Part shown: positions 48,381-57,179 of the stretch, piece by piece
Layout: each line of letters opens with the position of its first letter
Position numbering within the stretch: the first letter of the stretch is position 1
Source: a virus
Strand: one strand, 5' to 3'
Virus record (IMG/VR): IMGVR_UViG_3300047393_000086
Coordinates: 12,992-76,991 of that record
Length of the DNA: 64,000 nucleotides
Made by a program: the position numbers and the translations under genes
The notes under the pieces: generated by a model
Database searches by the model: none
What the model saw: the letters and a program-made list of their open reading frames with translations, nothing else
What the model was told of the DNA's origin: nothing

Positions 48381-49358
48381 TTAAAATAAGTCGTCTTCGG
48401 TAATTGCCTTAGACTTTTTGTTGTAGTCAATTGATTTTTTATAGAAGAAATCACCCTCTTTTGTTGAAAGAATTTCAACGTCAAACCATAAAGATTTCTC
48501 TACTTCTGTAAAATCAACTTCAAATACTGGTTTCATTCCAATTCTTTGTAAAGAATTATTGAAACGATTTTGAATAAATTGTTTGATTGTTTCTTTTGAT
48601 AGAAAATCAAGTTCTCCCTTTTCGAAAATCCAATCAAGAATTTTAACCTCTGCTAAATATGCTTTTTTGCAAGCAGAATCTATAAGTTGTTCGAATTCCT
48701 CATCAAACCATTCTGGATTTTCTCTCTTAATAATATTGATTAATTCAGAACCAAAGTTTCCGTGGATTTCCTCTTCTTTTGAAGTTGCTTCAACTACATT
48801 TGAAATACCTTTAAATAAGTTTTTCTCTTTGTTGAAAGACATCATAATAAAGAATTGGCTAAATAAACTAACATGCTCAATAAACAATGAAAATAATAAT
48901 ACGGATTTCGTATACATTTTATTGTCCTTACTTCTTGTACCGTCCAAATACTTTGACAAGTATGCAATTCTATCTTTAATTGCTGGAATCTCTACTACAT
49001 GTTGAAATTCGTCTTCTAATCCTAGGATTCTTAATAATTGTGCGTAAGCATCTTTGTGTCTTACTTCAGATTCTGCAAATGTCATACCAACATCTCCAAT
49101 TTCTGTGATAGGCATTCTTTTATAAAGATCTGCCCAAAATGTTTTAACGTTAACTTCAATTTGAGCAATAGCTAACATTGCTCTTTTAATTACTTCACGC
49201 TCAGAATCAGATACTTTAGTCATAAAGTCATCAATATCTGTCGTAAAGTTAAATTCTGTGTGGATCCAGTATGAATGTCGGATCGCATCTTTGTATGCTA
49301 ATAGGGAAGGGTATTCGTATGGTAAAATGTTTACTCTTTTTTCAAAAATGTTATTCAT
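48381..49358 (-). CDS. nrdB: ribonucleotide reductase beta subunit
   Basis: EVRH..AY, EHVSLFSQF, EEEIH, DFF. Confidence 0.95.
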   Translation of the reverse strand: MNNIFEKRVNILPYEYPSLLAYKDAIRHSYWIHTEFNFTTDIDDFMTKVSDSEREVIKRAMLAIAQIEVNVKTFWADLYKRMPITEIGDVGMTFAESEVRHKDAYAQLLRILGLEDEFQHVVEIPAIKDRIAYLSKYLDGTRSKDNKMYTKSVLLFSLFIEHVSLFSQFFIMMSFNKEKNLFKGISNVVEATSKEEEIHGNFGSELINIIKRENPEWFDEEFEQLIDSACKKAYLAEVKILDWIFEKGELDFLSKETIKQFIQNRFNNSLQRIGMKPVFEVDFTEVEKSLWFDVEILSTKEGDFFYKKSIDYNKKSKAITEDDLF

Positions 49359-49387
49359 GATTTGGAATTTCTTTTTTTGTTAGTTAT

Positions 49388-50785
49388 TTATCTAAGTCTT
49401 TTGGCTAGTTCGTCAGCTTTTGTAAAGTATTCATAAGAAGTTTTCTTATAATCTTTACGTTGCGCATATAAGTCACTTAATATCTTTCTAAGGATAGAAT
49501 CTTCGGTCTTATATACTACTCCATTATCACATACAATTACGTTCTTGTCTTTACGTCTTTCATCAATTTCACTTTTATAAATCTTTTCAATGTAAGCATC
49601 GGGTGATATATTAAACTGACGCATAATTGAAGGATATAGTGAAGCAAAGTCAAATGCACTTACTCCTTCATAGAATCCTAAAATTGGTTCTTTTACAAAT
49701 GCTCCAGCATATTGGCCATCTTTTTGGCCATCTGCTTTTTCTTCACTTCCAATTCTCATTCCCTGTTCTGCGAGTTTTCTGGCCATAATAGCTTCAGTAA
49801 CTGCCACTGGAGAACTTGCCTTATAAAGTGGCATGTTTGTAATATTTGCAAGTGTTAGTAGTACTTCCATTGATTTTAATTTCTGATCAATATAATAAAC
49901 TAGCACTGAATCGACTACGTTATAATAAATGTATTTAACAAAATTATCTCGATATAAATCTTGAAGAGATCCTGTAAATTTAATCTTGTTAACATTAAGT
50001 ACTTGACTAGAAACATAATCAAGAGAATTGGATTCTTTTACCTTAACTGAACGATCGTATTTATCATACAATTGCATATAATCCAGAATTCCAATATGTA
50101 ATGGACGACCATCTGTATTATCAACAGATCCTGTCATTCCAACTTCGCTAATATTGATTTGAAGTCTTTTACAACGATTAACAATATATTGCCAGTCATA
50201 GTTAATAAAATTCCATCCAGTCATCATTGGAAACTTAGGTAAGAATTTCATTAAGAATGTATTTACCATGTCATACTCTGATTTGAACTTATGGTACTTA
50301 AATTCCCAATCCATATCAAAATCTTTGAAGTACTCATTAGTATCATCTTGAATCTTTTGAATTTTATCTGAAGCCATATCTTCAAGACCTAAAACGATTG
50401 CTTTACGGTCTGGTGTAATAATTGAGAATGAAAGGATTCTACTTTTAGCCTCTTCAGCTTTTGGAAATCCATCAACAATCTCAGTTTCAATATCGACGAA
50501 ATAAGTTTTCGGCATATTGTAAGCTGTTAGGTCAGCTTTATCTTTCTCAGAAAGGCTATCTAAGAAATATAGGATCGAAAACTTGTTGAATTGTCTTCCA
50601 TATCCTAATTTGACCGAACGGCCGTCCCAGTTTTTATACTCTGGACTGGCCGCTCTGTCTTTGTCATCACAAACATACCAGTTTTGGAACTTGTCCACTG
50701 GATATTGTTTGAATGCTACTTCTCCTTTTTCATTGTAGTATGAAATGATTACATCTTTTTCACGCTGTTCGATGTCTAATATCAT
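49388..50785 (-). CDS. gp43: family B DNA polymerase, N-terminal half (3'-5' exonuclease + motif A)
   Basis: DIET, GWN...YD, YNVVD, DFASLYPSIM...NISP; ends in the fingers helix. Confidence 0.9.
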   Translation of the reverse strand: MILDIEQREKDVIISYYNEKGEVAFKQYPVDKFQNWYVCDDKDRAASPEYKNWDGRSVKLGYGRQFNKFSILYFLDSLSEKDKADLTAYNMPKTYFVDIETEIVDGFPKAEEAKSRILSFSIITPDRKAIVLGLEDMASDKIQKIQDDTNEYFKDFDMDWEFKYHKFKSEYDMVNTFLMKFLPKFPMMTGWNFINYDWQYIVNRCKRLQINISEVGMTGSVDNTDGRPLHIGILDYMQLYDKYDRSVKVKESNSLDYVSSQVLNVNKIKFTGSLQDLYRDNFVKYIYYNVVDSVLVYYIDQKLKSMEVLLTLANITNMPLYKASSPVAVTEAIMARKLAEQGMRIGSEEKADGQKDGQYAGAFVKEPILGFYEGVSAFDFASLYPSIMRQFNISPDAYIEKIYKSEIDERRKDKNVIVCDNGVVYKTEDSILRKILSDLYAQRKDYKKTSYEYFTKADELAKRLR

Positions 50786-51253
50786 TTAATATCCTCTTTT
50801 TTGACGGTTAACATTTTCTTCGGCTTTTGCGAAGTAATAATTGTATGCTGTTTTTGCATCTAATCCGATTGAAGATGCATAGTTTATAAAGAAGTGTAAA
50901 ATATCTACCCATTCCATATAAAGTTCTTTTTTATCATCTTCAGAAAGGTCAGAGATTTTCATTGTTTCAAACTTTGAAAAGTCTTTTTTCCAATATTTCC
51001 ATACTGCATTTCCACTTCCATCTTTAATACCTCCAAGAGCATCTGTCATTTCGTGAATTTCATCAACTACAGCATGCGTGTTAACATGCCAAAAGTTCAT
51101 AATATCTCTAATTGACATCTCTTCGAAATTAAAACCATAAGTTTGCTCTTGCATTTTCTTTTGGTTTTCCATGATGTCAGCTAAATGTGTTGTTGATTGT
51201 TCGTAAAAGTCTTTTACTTCCAAATCTTTGCATTCATTGTCTATATTTGCCAT
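50786..51253 (-). CDS. dimeric dUTPase / dCTP pyrophosphatase-like
   Basis: DEIHEM, WKYWKK, EWVDILHF, K..EN..RQ..GY. Confidence 0.85.
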   Translation of the reverse strand: MANIDNECKDLEVKDFYEQSTTHLADIMENQKKMQEQTYGFNFEEMSIRDIMNFWHVNTHAVVDEIHEMTDALGGIKDGSGNAVWKYWKKDFSKFETMKISDLSEDDKKELYMEWVDILHFFINYASSIGLDAKTAYNYYFAKAEENVNRQKRGY

Positions 51254-51277
51254 ATTTAATTTTTTATAGTTGTTATA

Positions 51278-52327
51278 TTAAAAAAGAGCGTTTTGTTCAA
51301 AATTATTATTAAAAAAATATTCCATTAGATTCTCGTCTACCCTGGCTACTTTTCTTCGGCTAATTAAATGTGGATTGCTTCTCAATCGGTAATAAACTCC
51401 ATACTGGCAAAGGCCAACCTCACATCCATAAGTTTTAAGTTCATCTTGCTCATGCCTAAAAATCTTTTTACCATCAACTACAATATTGTGGGTAGATTCA
51501 TGTAATGGAATTTCTCCAATAAGTTCTTTATAATTTTCTCGGAACCAAATAACTCTATCACCATGTGGTACTGTACAATCTGAACCAAATATTAAATCTA
51601 ATGTAAATCTGGCTCCAGGGCCTGGTACACAATATCTTTCGTCATGGTCTATATTGATTCTTGGATTTACAGAGTTCGATGTTGAACAGTGATATCCGTA
51701 GTAAGACCCTACACCCTCGATTTCTGTTAGTATATTAAACATTTCAGATAAAGAGTTAACCTGGGCCATCCTTCCTGTGATTCCTCGAGGTATAAAGCTA
51801 GCAACCCATAGTAAAATATTAATCTTATGAGCATCTCGCGGTTGGTTTCTTAGTTCTGCGACATAATTATTGGCAGCTCCAAATAAACTAGTACGTAATT
51901 CGGTTGATCCATATATTGGTAGTCCTAAAGAAACAGCATCTTCTAAATTCTTACGAATCTTATTTTCATATTCTCGATCAACTAATAATCTTTCAAAATC
52001 TATTAGCGCTGTTTTTGGATTTGGATCTCTTGTAAGTACTTGGTGAATACCTCGGGCTCCATAGAAGTGAGAGATGATTGTGTTGCATATAATATTATCC
52101 ATCGACATAGGTGCATTGACAATGTTCTCCATGATATATCTCATACGATCATCCAACGTAATTTGTGGATGGAAATATTCAACAGTTTCGCCAAGTGCTT
52201 CATCGCCTCCGCTATCATAACTTTCAAGAACTCCCATATTGTAAAGGGCTCTTTCATTAACTTTATTAAAGAATCTTCCGACGTCTTTAATAATGTCCAT
52301 GTTTGCAATTTCTGCTAAGTTTTCCAT
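51278..52327 (-). CDS. HhH-fold DNA base-modifying protein (aGPT-Pplase / amino acid:DNA transferase-like)
   Basis: L..IEGVGSYYGY, PGPGA...L..IF, CEVGLCQY..Y, matching the G.G.F..Y / GPGA / E..LCE..KY family pattern. Confidence 0.6.
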   Translation of the reverse strand: MENLAEIANMDIIKDVGRFFNKVNERALYNMGVLESYDSGGDEALGETVEYFHPQITLDDRMRYIMENIVNAPMSMDNIICNTIISHFYGARGIHQVLTRDPNPKTALIDFERLLVDREYENKIRKNLEDAVSLGLPIYGSTELRTSLFGAANNYVAELRNQPRDAHKINILLWVASFIPRGITGRMAQVNSLSEMFNILTEIEGVGSYYGYHCSTSNSVNPRINIDHDERYCVPGPGARFTLDLIFGSDCTVPHGDRVIWFRENYKELIGEIPLHESTHNIVVDGKKIFRHEQDELKTYGCEVGLCQYGVYYRLRSNPHLISRRKVARVDENLMEYFFNNNFEQNALF

Positions 52328-52334
52328 TTATGTT

Positions 52335-53012
52335 TTATTTTTTAAACCAGCAATCGTATCCTCCAATATGTTTGAATACTTCAAAACTATTAACTTGATT
52401 TTTTGGGTATAATCCTGTTAATAAGTCAATTGTTGGTTGTGCAAATTGTTTTACTTTACCCATGTGTAATTCTATAAATAGAACGTCAGGATAATATTGG
52501 GCAATATCTTGAATTATGTCATACTCAGCACCTTCAACATCGACTTTGATAATATCTGGCTTGTAAGTTTCTAAAAGTTCTTTGATGTGAATATTTCTAA
52601 CTTCGTCGTATTCATTAAATGAACTTCTTTTAATAATTGAGGTTGAACAATGTGAACCTCCAGAATTTCCTTTATAGATCTTAATAGTTTTATCTTTACA
52701 TCCAGAAACTGCGGCATGCATAATGTTTGCCTTTGGTTCGTTTGCAAAACTATTTTGTAGCTTTTCAAAATTTCTTGTATCACATTCTACTGTGTATACT
52801 GCTGACGCTCCGCCGTCAATTGCAATTTTAGTAAAACCGCCAACATTACCTCCAAGATCTAGGCATACTTTACCAGTATAATCAACATCTTCATGTATAT
52901 AATGACGAAGACAATCTTTAATCATGTCTCTATCAACTCTTTCAGTAGCATCTAAATATTTACAGTATTCTCGTTTTAATTTATTTAATTGCTTTTGTTC
53001 TACTGTCCACAT
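52335..53012 (-). CDS. FkbM-family SAM-dependent methyltransferase
   Basis: LDLGGNVGGF, VEC...N...L..., AAVS, IKVDVEGAEY. Confidence 0.85.
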   Translation of the reverse strand: MWTVEQKQLNKLKREYCKYLDATERVDRDMIKDCLRHYIHEDVDYTGKVCLDLGGNVGGFTKIAIDGGASAVYTVECDTRNFEKLQNSFANEPKANIMHAAVSGCKDKTIKIYKGNSGGSHCSTSIIKRSSFNEYDEVRNIHIKELLETYKPDIIKVDVEGAEYDIIQDIAQYYPDVLFIELHMGKVKQFAQPTIDLLTGLYPKNQVNSFEVFKHIGGYDCWFKK

Positions 53013-53014
53013 AC

Positions 53015-53416
53015 TTATTTTTTTACTAAAGAAGATACAATATTTACTAATTGAATTTGGGGATGATTTTCTTGAATAATTTGGTATTGAATCGGGTCAT
53101 CTTCAAAAAATCTAGTAATGTTAACTCCATTATCTAAAAGATTTCCAATCGTTTTAGCTTTATGATTTCCTGAAAACGTTCTAGCCTCTACTGTATGATT
53201 TCCTCGTTGAGCAAGCGTCATTGGATTAAAGTAAACCTTGCACTTGATTCCGCGTTCTTTTAAGATTGCTTTAATTTCTTCTTGTTCATCGATACATCTC
53301 CCAGTTATAATAACGTCGCTTTCTGATCTTGGTGTAATTCCTATTGAAATTACTCCATCAAAATCATATCCATAAACTTCTCCGTTTGTTTTTTTCTTTT
53401 TAAAAATATTTAACAT
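53015..53416 (-). CDS. minimal HAD-family phosphatase
   Basis: DFDGV (motif I), ITGR (II), K (III), FEDD (IV). Confidence 0.8.
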   Translation of the reverse strand: MLNIFKKKKTNGEVYGYDFDGVISIGITPRSESDVIITGRCIDEQEEIKAILKERGIKCKVYFNPMTLAQRGNHTVEARTFSGNHKAKTIGNLLDNGVNITRFFEDDPIQYQIIQENHPQIQLVNIVSSLVKK

Positions 53417-53433
53417 TCACTGACTTTTTTGAT

Positions 53434-53463
53434 AAAAAAAGAGAGCTCGTAAGCTCTCTTTTT
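53434..53463. terminator. hairpin terminator after ino1
   Basis: AAAAAGAGAGC/GCTCTCTTTTT perfect stem. Confidence 0.7.
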
Positions 53464-53477
53464 CATAAGTTAATTAA

Positions 53478-54671
53478 TTAAAGAGCCTTAGTTGTAGCAA
53501 CTAATTGTTTTCTAGTAGAATCTGTTAAGCGTCTTGCAGCTAATTCAGTACACTCATAAACAGCATCCGAGAACATCATCTGATCTGGTGGAGTTTTTTG
53601 TGTAAACGCTGAAGGACCTCTTAATGCTCCTACAACTCCTAATTCTCTCGCTACTTTTAAGTAACGGATCGCGTCGATTACAACTCCTGCAGAGTTTGGT
53701 GAATCTTGTACGCTTAATTGAGCATCAAAAAGAACTGGCGCTCCTCCAAATCCTTCAAGTTCTAAACGGAAGTTAGCAACTTTGTTATCTCCATAGAATG
53801 AGATATACTCAGAAGGACCTGCATGTAAAAATGAATCTTCAGTTGAGATTCCTCTAATTTCATTTTGTGCACGGATAACATTTTCTTTCGAAATCTTTTT
53901 AGAAGCTAAACGTGATTTATCTTCCATGTTTAAGAAATCGGTGTTACCTCCAACATTTCTTTGGATGTGCGCTTTTACATGGTGACCTCTTTCAAAAGCC
54001 AATTCTTGCAACATTTGAGATAAAATACTTGCTCCAAATTGAGAACGCATATCATCTCCAATTAATGGAATTCCAGCATCAATGAATCTTTGCTCCCATG
54101 CAGGGTCAGATGCAATAAATACAGGAATACAGTTTACGAAAGAAATTCCAGTTTCTAGACAGATTTCAGCCCAAAATTCTGTAGTTTTTTGAGAACCTAC
54201 TGGTAAATAGTTTACCAATACTTCTACTTCATGCTCTTTTAATTTAGCAATGATTTGATCTTTCCACTCTCTTGATTTTCTGCTAGTCCAATCTGTACGA
54301 TTTTTATCAGTTGAGTTTCTTAATTTCTCGTCAACTAAAAATCTGTTTGCTTCTGGATAGTTATCCATCAATGCAGCGTAACCATCGATTACTGGTGCTT
54401 CGTAAACTGGAGCTGTAGAAGTAATAACATCAACGATGTCATACGCGCAGTTTGGTTTTTGTTTTAATGCATATCCAAGAGTTTGATTAACTTTACGTTC
54501 GTCAATCTCGAATCCACATACAAATTCAATATTTTCAGCTTTGTAACCTCCAATATCTGATTTCATCATTCCGGTAATGTTGTTCGTATTTTCTGTGTAG
54601 AACTGAACTCCTTCAACCAATGATTTTGCACAATTTCCTGTGCCAATAATTCCAACTTTAATTTTGTTCAT
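53478..54671 (-). CDS. ino1: myo-inositol-1-phosphate synthase
   Basis: G.GNCAKSLVEG, NYLPVGS, IGDDMRSQFGA, NVGGNTDFLNM, SKKISK, DSPNSAGVVIDAIR. Confidence 0.93.
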   Translation of the reverse strand: MNKIKVGIIGTGNCAKSLVEGVQFYTENTNNITGMMKSDIGGYKAENIEFVCGFEIDERKVNQTLGYALKQKPNCAYDIVDVITSTAPVYEAPVIDGYAALMDNYPEANRFLVDEKLRNSTDKNRTDWTSRKSREWKDQIIAKLKEHEVEVLVNYLPVGSQKTTEFWAEICLETGISFVNCIPVFIASDPAWEQRFIDAGIPLIGDDMRSQFGASILSQMLQELAFERGHHVKAHIQRNVGGNTDFLNMEDKSRLASKKISKENVIRAQNEIRGISTEDSFLHAGPSEYISFYGDNKVANFRLELEGFGGAPVLFDAQLSVQDSPNSAGVVIDAIRYLKVARELGVVGALRGPSAFTQKTPPDQMMFSDAVYECTELAARRLTDSTRKQLVATTKAL

Positions 54672-54724
54672 TTTGTTAAAAATTTAATTTTATATTAATT
54701 TATACTGGGTTTATTTAAAAAGTT

Positions 54725-55774
54725 TCAAAAAAGACTATTAATAGTTTTCTTTAATGTTTTATTTTTTTCGGACGTCTCGAAATCATATTGATAAAACTCT
54801 CTAGATAAGTGAACGGAACCTGGTTTCTCCATATAAGTATCTGCAAAATACTTTGGATCTTCCTCGTACCAATTACTTGGCCATTCGATTACATTCATAT
54901 TATATATAGCCGAGAGATTTACAACCTCTTCATTAAAGATTTGCATCAATTGAGTTCTTTCACGTTGAGAACCAATAAATGGGGTTCCTTTATAAAATCC
55001 AGTCTTTGGGATTCTGCGTTCTTCGAATTCGATTGGAAGTAATTTAACCACTGAAATCTTTTCAATATTAAGAGATTTTAAATGTTCAAAATAATTCTTT
55101 ACAAGTTTCTTAGTTGCATCTACTGGTTTTTCTTGTCGGCAAAGATGATGGCGAATATCGATATTTCCAAAGTAGGTTATCAAATGAGTTGTTCCTTCAG
55201 GTATATAGGATGCCATTCCCTCCTTCATAACTCCAAACAATGTTTTACCATCATTCCTACTAATGTTTCCACCTGGATGATAGACTGAAACTGAGTGTGA
55301 ATCTCCTAGAACAAATGTTCCGGAAGATAATTTTAATTCAATTGTTTGGGTTTCTTTACTCTTTTTTGAAAGTTCATCAACATTAAGAGATGCCCATAAT
55401 GGAGAGCATGCTTTCATTCTACTTTGTGCGAATGCTCCGACATCTGGCATTTCTCTATTTAAACAATAGATTTGTCCTTTAAAATCTAAGAATCTTTTAA
55501 TTCTTTCTGCTGGCTCATCAGTTGCTCCACCGAATAGATTATAAGACCCTTGAAATTCCATTGGAAGTGCTACTAACCAAACGTCGAAAGAATGAATATC
55601 CTCAGACTTAGTAAGTACTTCAACATCTAGACCTAAAGACTTTAATTGATTTGCTAAGAGAAAAGCCCATGCACTTTTATGGCTAGCTTTCTTAGAACTA
55701 TATGTAGTTACTACATCATCAATTGCAATCTTCTTGCCTTGTAACGATTCTAAAACTTCGTAAATGTTAACCAT
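54725..55774 (-). CDS. hypothetical protein with SGNH-like C-terminal domain
   Basis: LGDSHS, FGNID, terminal SVHLS; start taken at MVNIYE. Confidence 0.5.
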   Translation of the reverse strand: MVNIYEVLESLQGKKIAIDDVVTTYSSKKASHKSAWAFLLANQLKSLGLDVEVLTKSEDIHSFDVWLVALPMEFQGSYNLFGGATDEPAERIKRFLDFKGQIYCLNREMPDVGAFAQSRMKACSPLWASLNVDELSKKSKETQTIELKLSSGTFVLGDSHSVSVYHPGGNISRNDGKTLFGVMKEGMASYIPEGTTHLITYFGNIDIRHHLCRQEKPVDATKKLVKNYFEHLKSLNIEKISVVKLLPIEFEERRIPKTGFYKGTPFIGSQRERTQLMQIFNEEVVNLSAIYNMNVIEWPSNWYEEDPKYFADTYMEKPGSVHLSREFYQYDFETSEKNKTLKKTINSLF

Positions 55775-56042
55775 TGTTTTGTTTTTCTTCAATGTAGTTA
55801 TCCAATCCTTGGATGTATGCAACTGCATCTAATAGGTTATCACGCTTGTGATTGTAAGATTCTCTTGAAAATTTAAGTGCAACTAATGCCTTAAACATGT
55901 GTTCTCCGGTAACTTCAATTCCGGTCATACCAGTAAAAATCATTGCAGCTCTGTCCATGCCTTCTGAGAAAGGACCATATTGTCTATCTGCTTCTTCTGA
56001 GCGGTTATTAACTATTCCGCTTGCTTCATCTAAAATGTTCAT
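55767..56042 (-). CDS. DUF6378-like protein (nucleotide-modification-associated small helical domain)
   Basis: ILDEA..IV..R....YG, K.SRE...HKRDNLLD...Y. Confidence 0.7.
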   Translation of the reverse strand: MNILDEASGIVNNRSEEADRQYGPFSEGMDRAAMIFTGMTGIEVTGEHMFKALVALKFSRESYNHKRDNLLDAVAYIQGLDNYIEEKQNNG

Positions 56043-56086
56043 AAAATAAGTTTTAAGTATTATATGTTATATATTGCTTTTGTTTT

Positions 56087-56353
56087 TTATGCACGTAAAT
56101 AATTAGGATCGTCATAACTTCCAACAACTCCTGTTTCCATTTCAAACTGACGCTTTTCATGGTCATATTCAGAATAAACATTGCAGTTTAGCCAACGACC
56201 TTCTCCAATATTGTTTAAATACTTCCAAGCCTCTTCAGCGTCCCATTTTTTACATAACTCATATTCTGCTTGAGTTAAGATTTCAACTGAGTTAATTAAT
56301 CTCATATACTCTCTATATTCTTGTTCTGCTAGGTAATTAGATTCTTCTGACAT
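56087..56353 (-). CDS. hypothetical early protein
   Basis: 88-aa ORF with class-I promoter at 56365. Confidence 0.6.
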   Translation of the reverse strand: MSEESNYLAEQEYREYMRLINSVEILTQAEYELCKKWDAEEAWKYLNNIGEGRWLNCNVYSEYDHEKRQFEMETGVVGSYDDPNYLRA

Positions 56354-56403
56354 GATGTATAAGTTTTAATTTGATATGTAAATATAATCAAAACATTTGA
56401 CAT

Positions 56404-56448
56404 AAAAAAATCCTGGTTAAAAAAGTTATTAACAATTTTACCAGGATT
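56404..56448 (-). terminator. intrinsic terminator closing the ncRNA region
   Basis: AATCCTGGT/ACCAGGATT stem followed by a T run. Confidence 0.65.
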
Positions 56449-56459
56449 CTAATTTAATA

Positions 56460-56718
56460 CGGGATAGTTGTTCGTGATTTTCTTCTCGGCAGAATAACCC
56501 TCTTTATAGTCTTCGGCTTTTACTTTCGCGAGCGTCTACTAAACTTCGACCCATCCTACTTGTAACCTATTGGGGTGGTATGACTTGTGACCCATTTTCT
56601 AGTGTTAGTCTTCACATTGTCTAGGGCTTCAACGTTTTAGAGGGCAAACCATTTTAAAACTCCACTTTTTTCTAGACCTCTGTCATAGTTGTATGTTACT
56701 TTTTGCTGTACCTATCCG
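56460..56718 (-). ncRNA. putative structured RNA 2 (about 260 nt)
   Basis: 5' GGATAG-GT-ACAGCAA; 3' end CTATCC pairs with the 5' arm; internal complementary pairs TATGAC/GTCATA and GTCTAG/CTAGAC; no credible ORF; GC above background. Confidence 0.5.
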
Positions 56719-56719
56719 C

Positions 56720-56779
56720 CAGGTTCCATTCCGTATGCTAGTTAATAATTGCTTGAGTATTGTTTGCTGTAAGGAACCT
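56720..56779 (-). ncRNA. putative structured RNA 1 (about 60 nt)
   Basis: 5' AGGTTCC-TT-ACAGCAA; 3' GGAACCT closes a 7-bp stem; same architecture as RNA 2. Confidence 0.5.
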
Positions 56780-56787
56780 AATTTCTT

Positions 56788-57153
56788 TTATTTAATAATT
56801 ATGAATGAACCTCCTCTAGAAGATGCAGATTCAGTTTTACCATCTGATAAAGTTACTTTAGATACTGCTTCTCCACCTAGTGTTTGAGCAACCTCTTCTG
56901 CAACTTGAGTTAATTCAAAAAATACAATGCTACCTGCAGAATCTGCTAATATTTTATATCCATCTCCTTCAACTACATTTGGTTTTTTAACAATCTTGTT
57001 AATAGTGCTATCAACCTTTTTAGCTGTCATATTAATAATGAAAACATCATTACGGCTTTTATATGCCTTTGGACTTTGTCCATTTTCAATTGGTTCGAAT
57101 GCATTATGATCAGATTCGTTAACAAATTGTTCAAATAATTTAATATGTTTCAT
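56788..57153 (-). CDS. MKHIKLFE-family putative internal virion protein
   Basis: MKHIKLFEQFVNES; late promoter at 57171. Confidence 0.6.
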   Translation of the reverse strand: MKHIKLFEQFVNESDHNAFEPIENGQSPKAYKSRNDVFIINMTAKKVDSTINKIVKKPNVVEGDGYKILADSAGSIVFFELTQVAEEVAQTLGGEAVSKVTLSDGKTESASSRGGSFIIIK

Positions 57154-57179
57154 ATTAATTTTGTTTTCTTTTATATATC

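Noticed and set aside
42667-49387. Giant intron or intein interrupting the polymerase
   Set aside because: The interval contains ordinary genes, promoters and terminators; no splicing motifs at either half's boundary
56460-56780. tRNA, tmRNA or CRISPR array in the non-coding stretch
   Set aside because: No cloverleaf with a TTCGAA T-loop or CCA end, and no equal-length repeat-spacer periodicity
56693-56887. 64-aa plus-strand ORF over the putative ncRNA
   Set aside because: Overlaps a minus-strand gene, has no recognisable features, and the region is better explained as structured RNA
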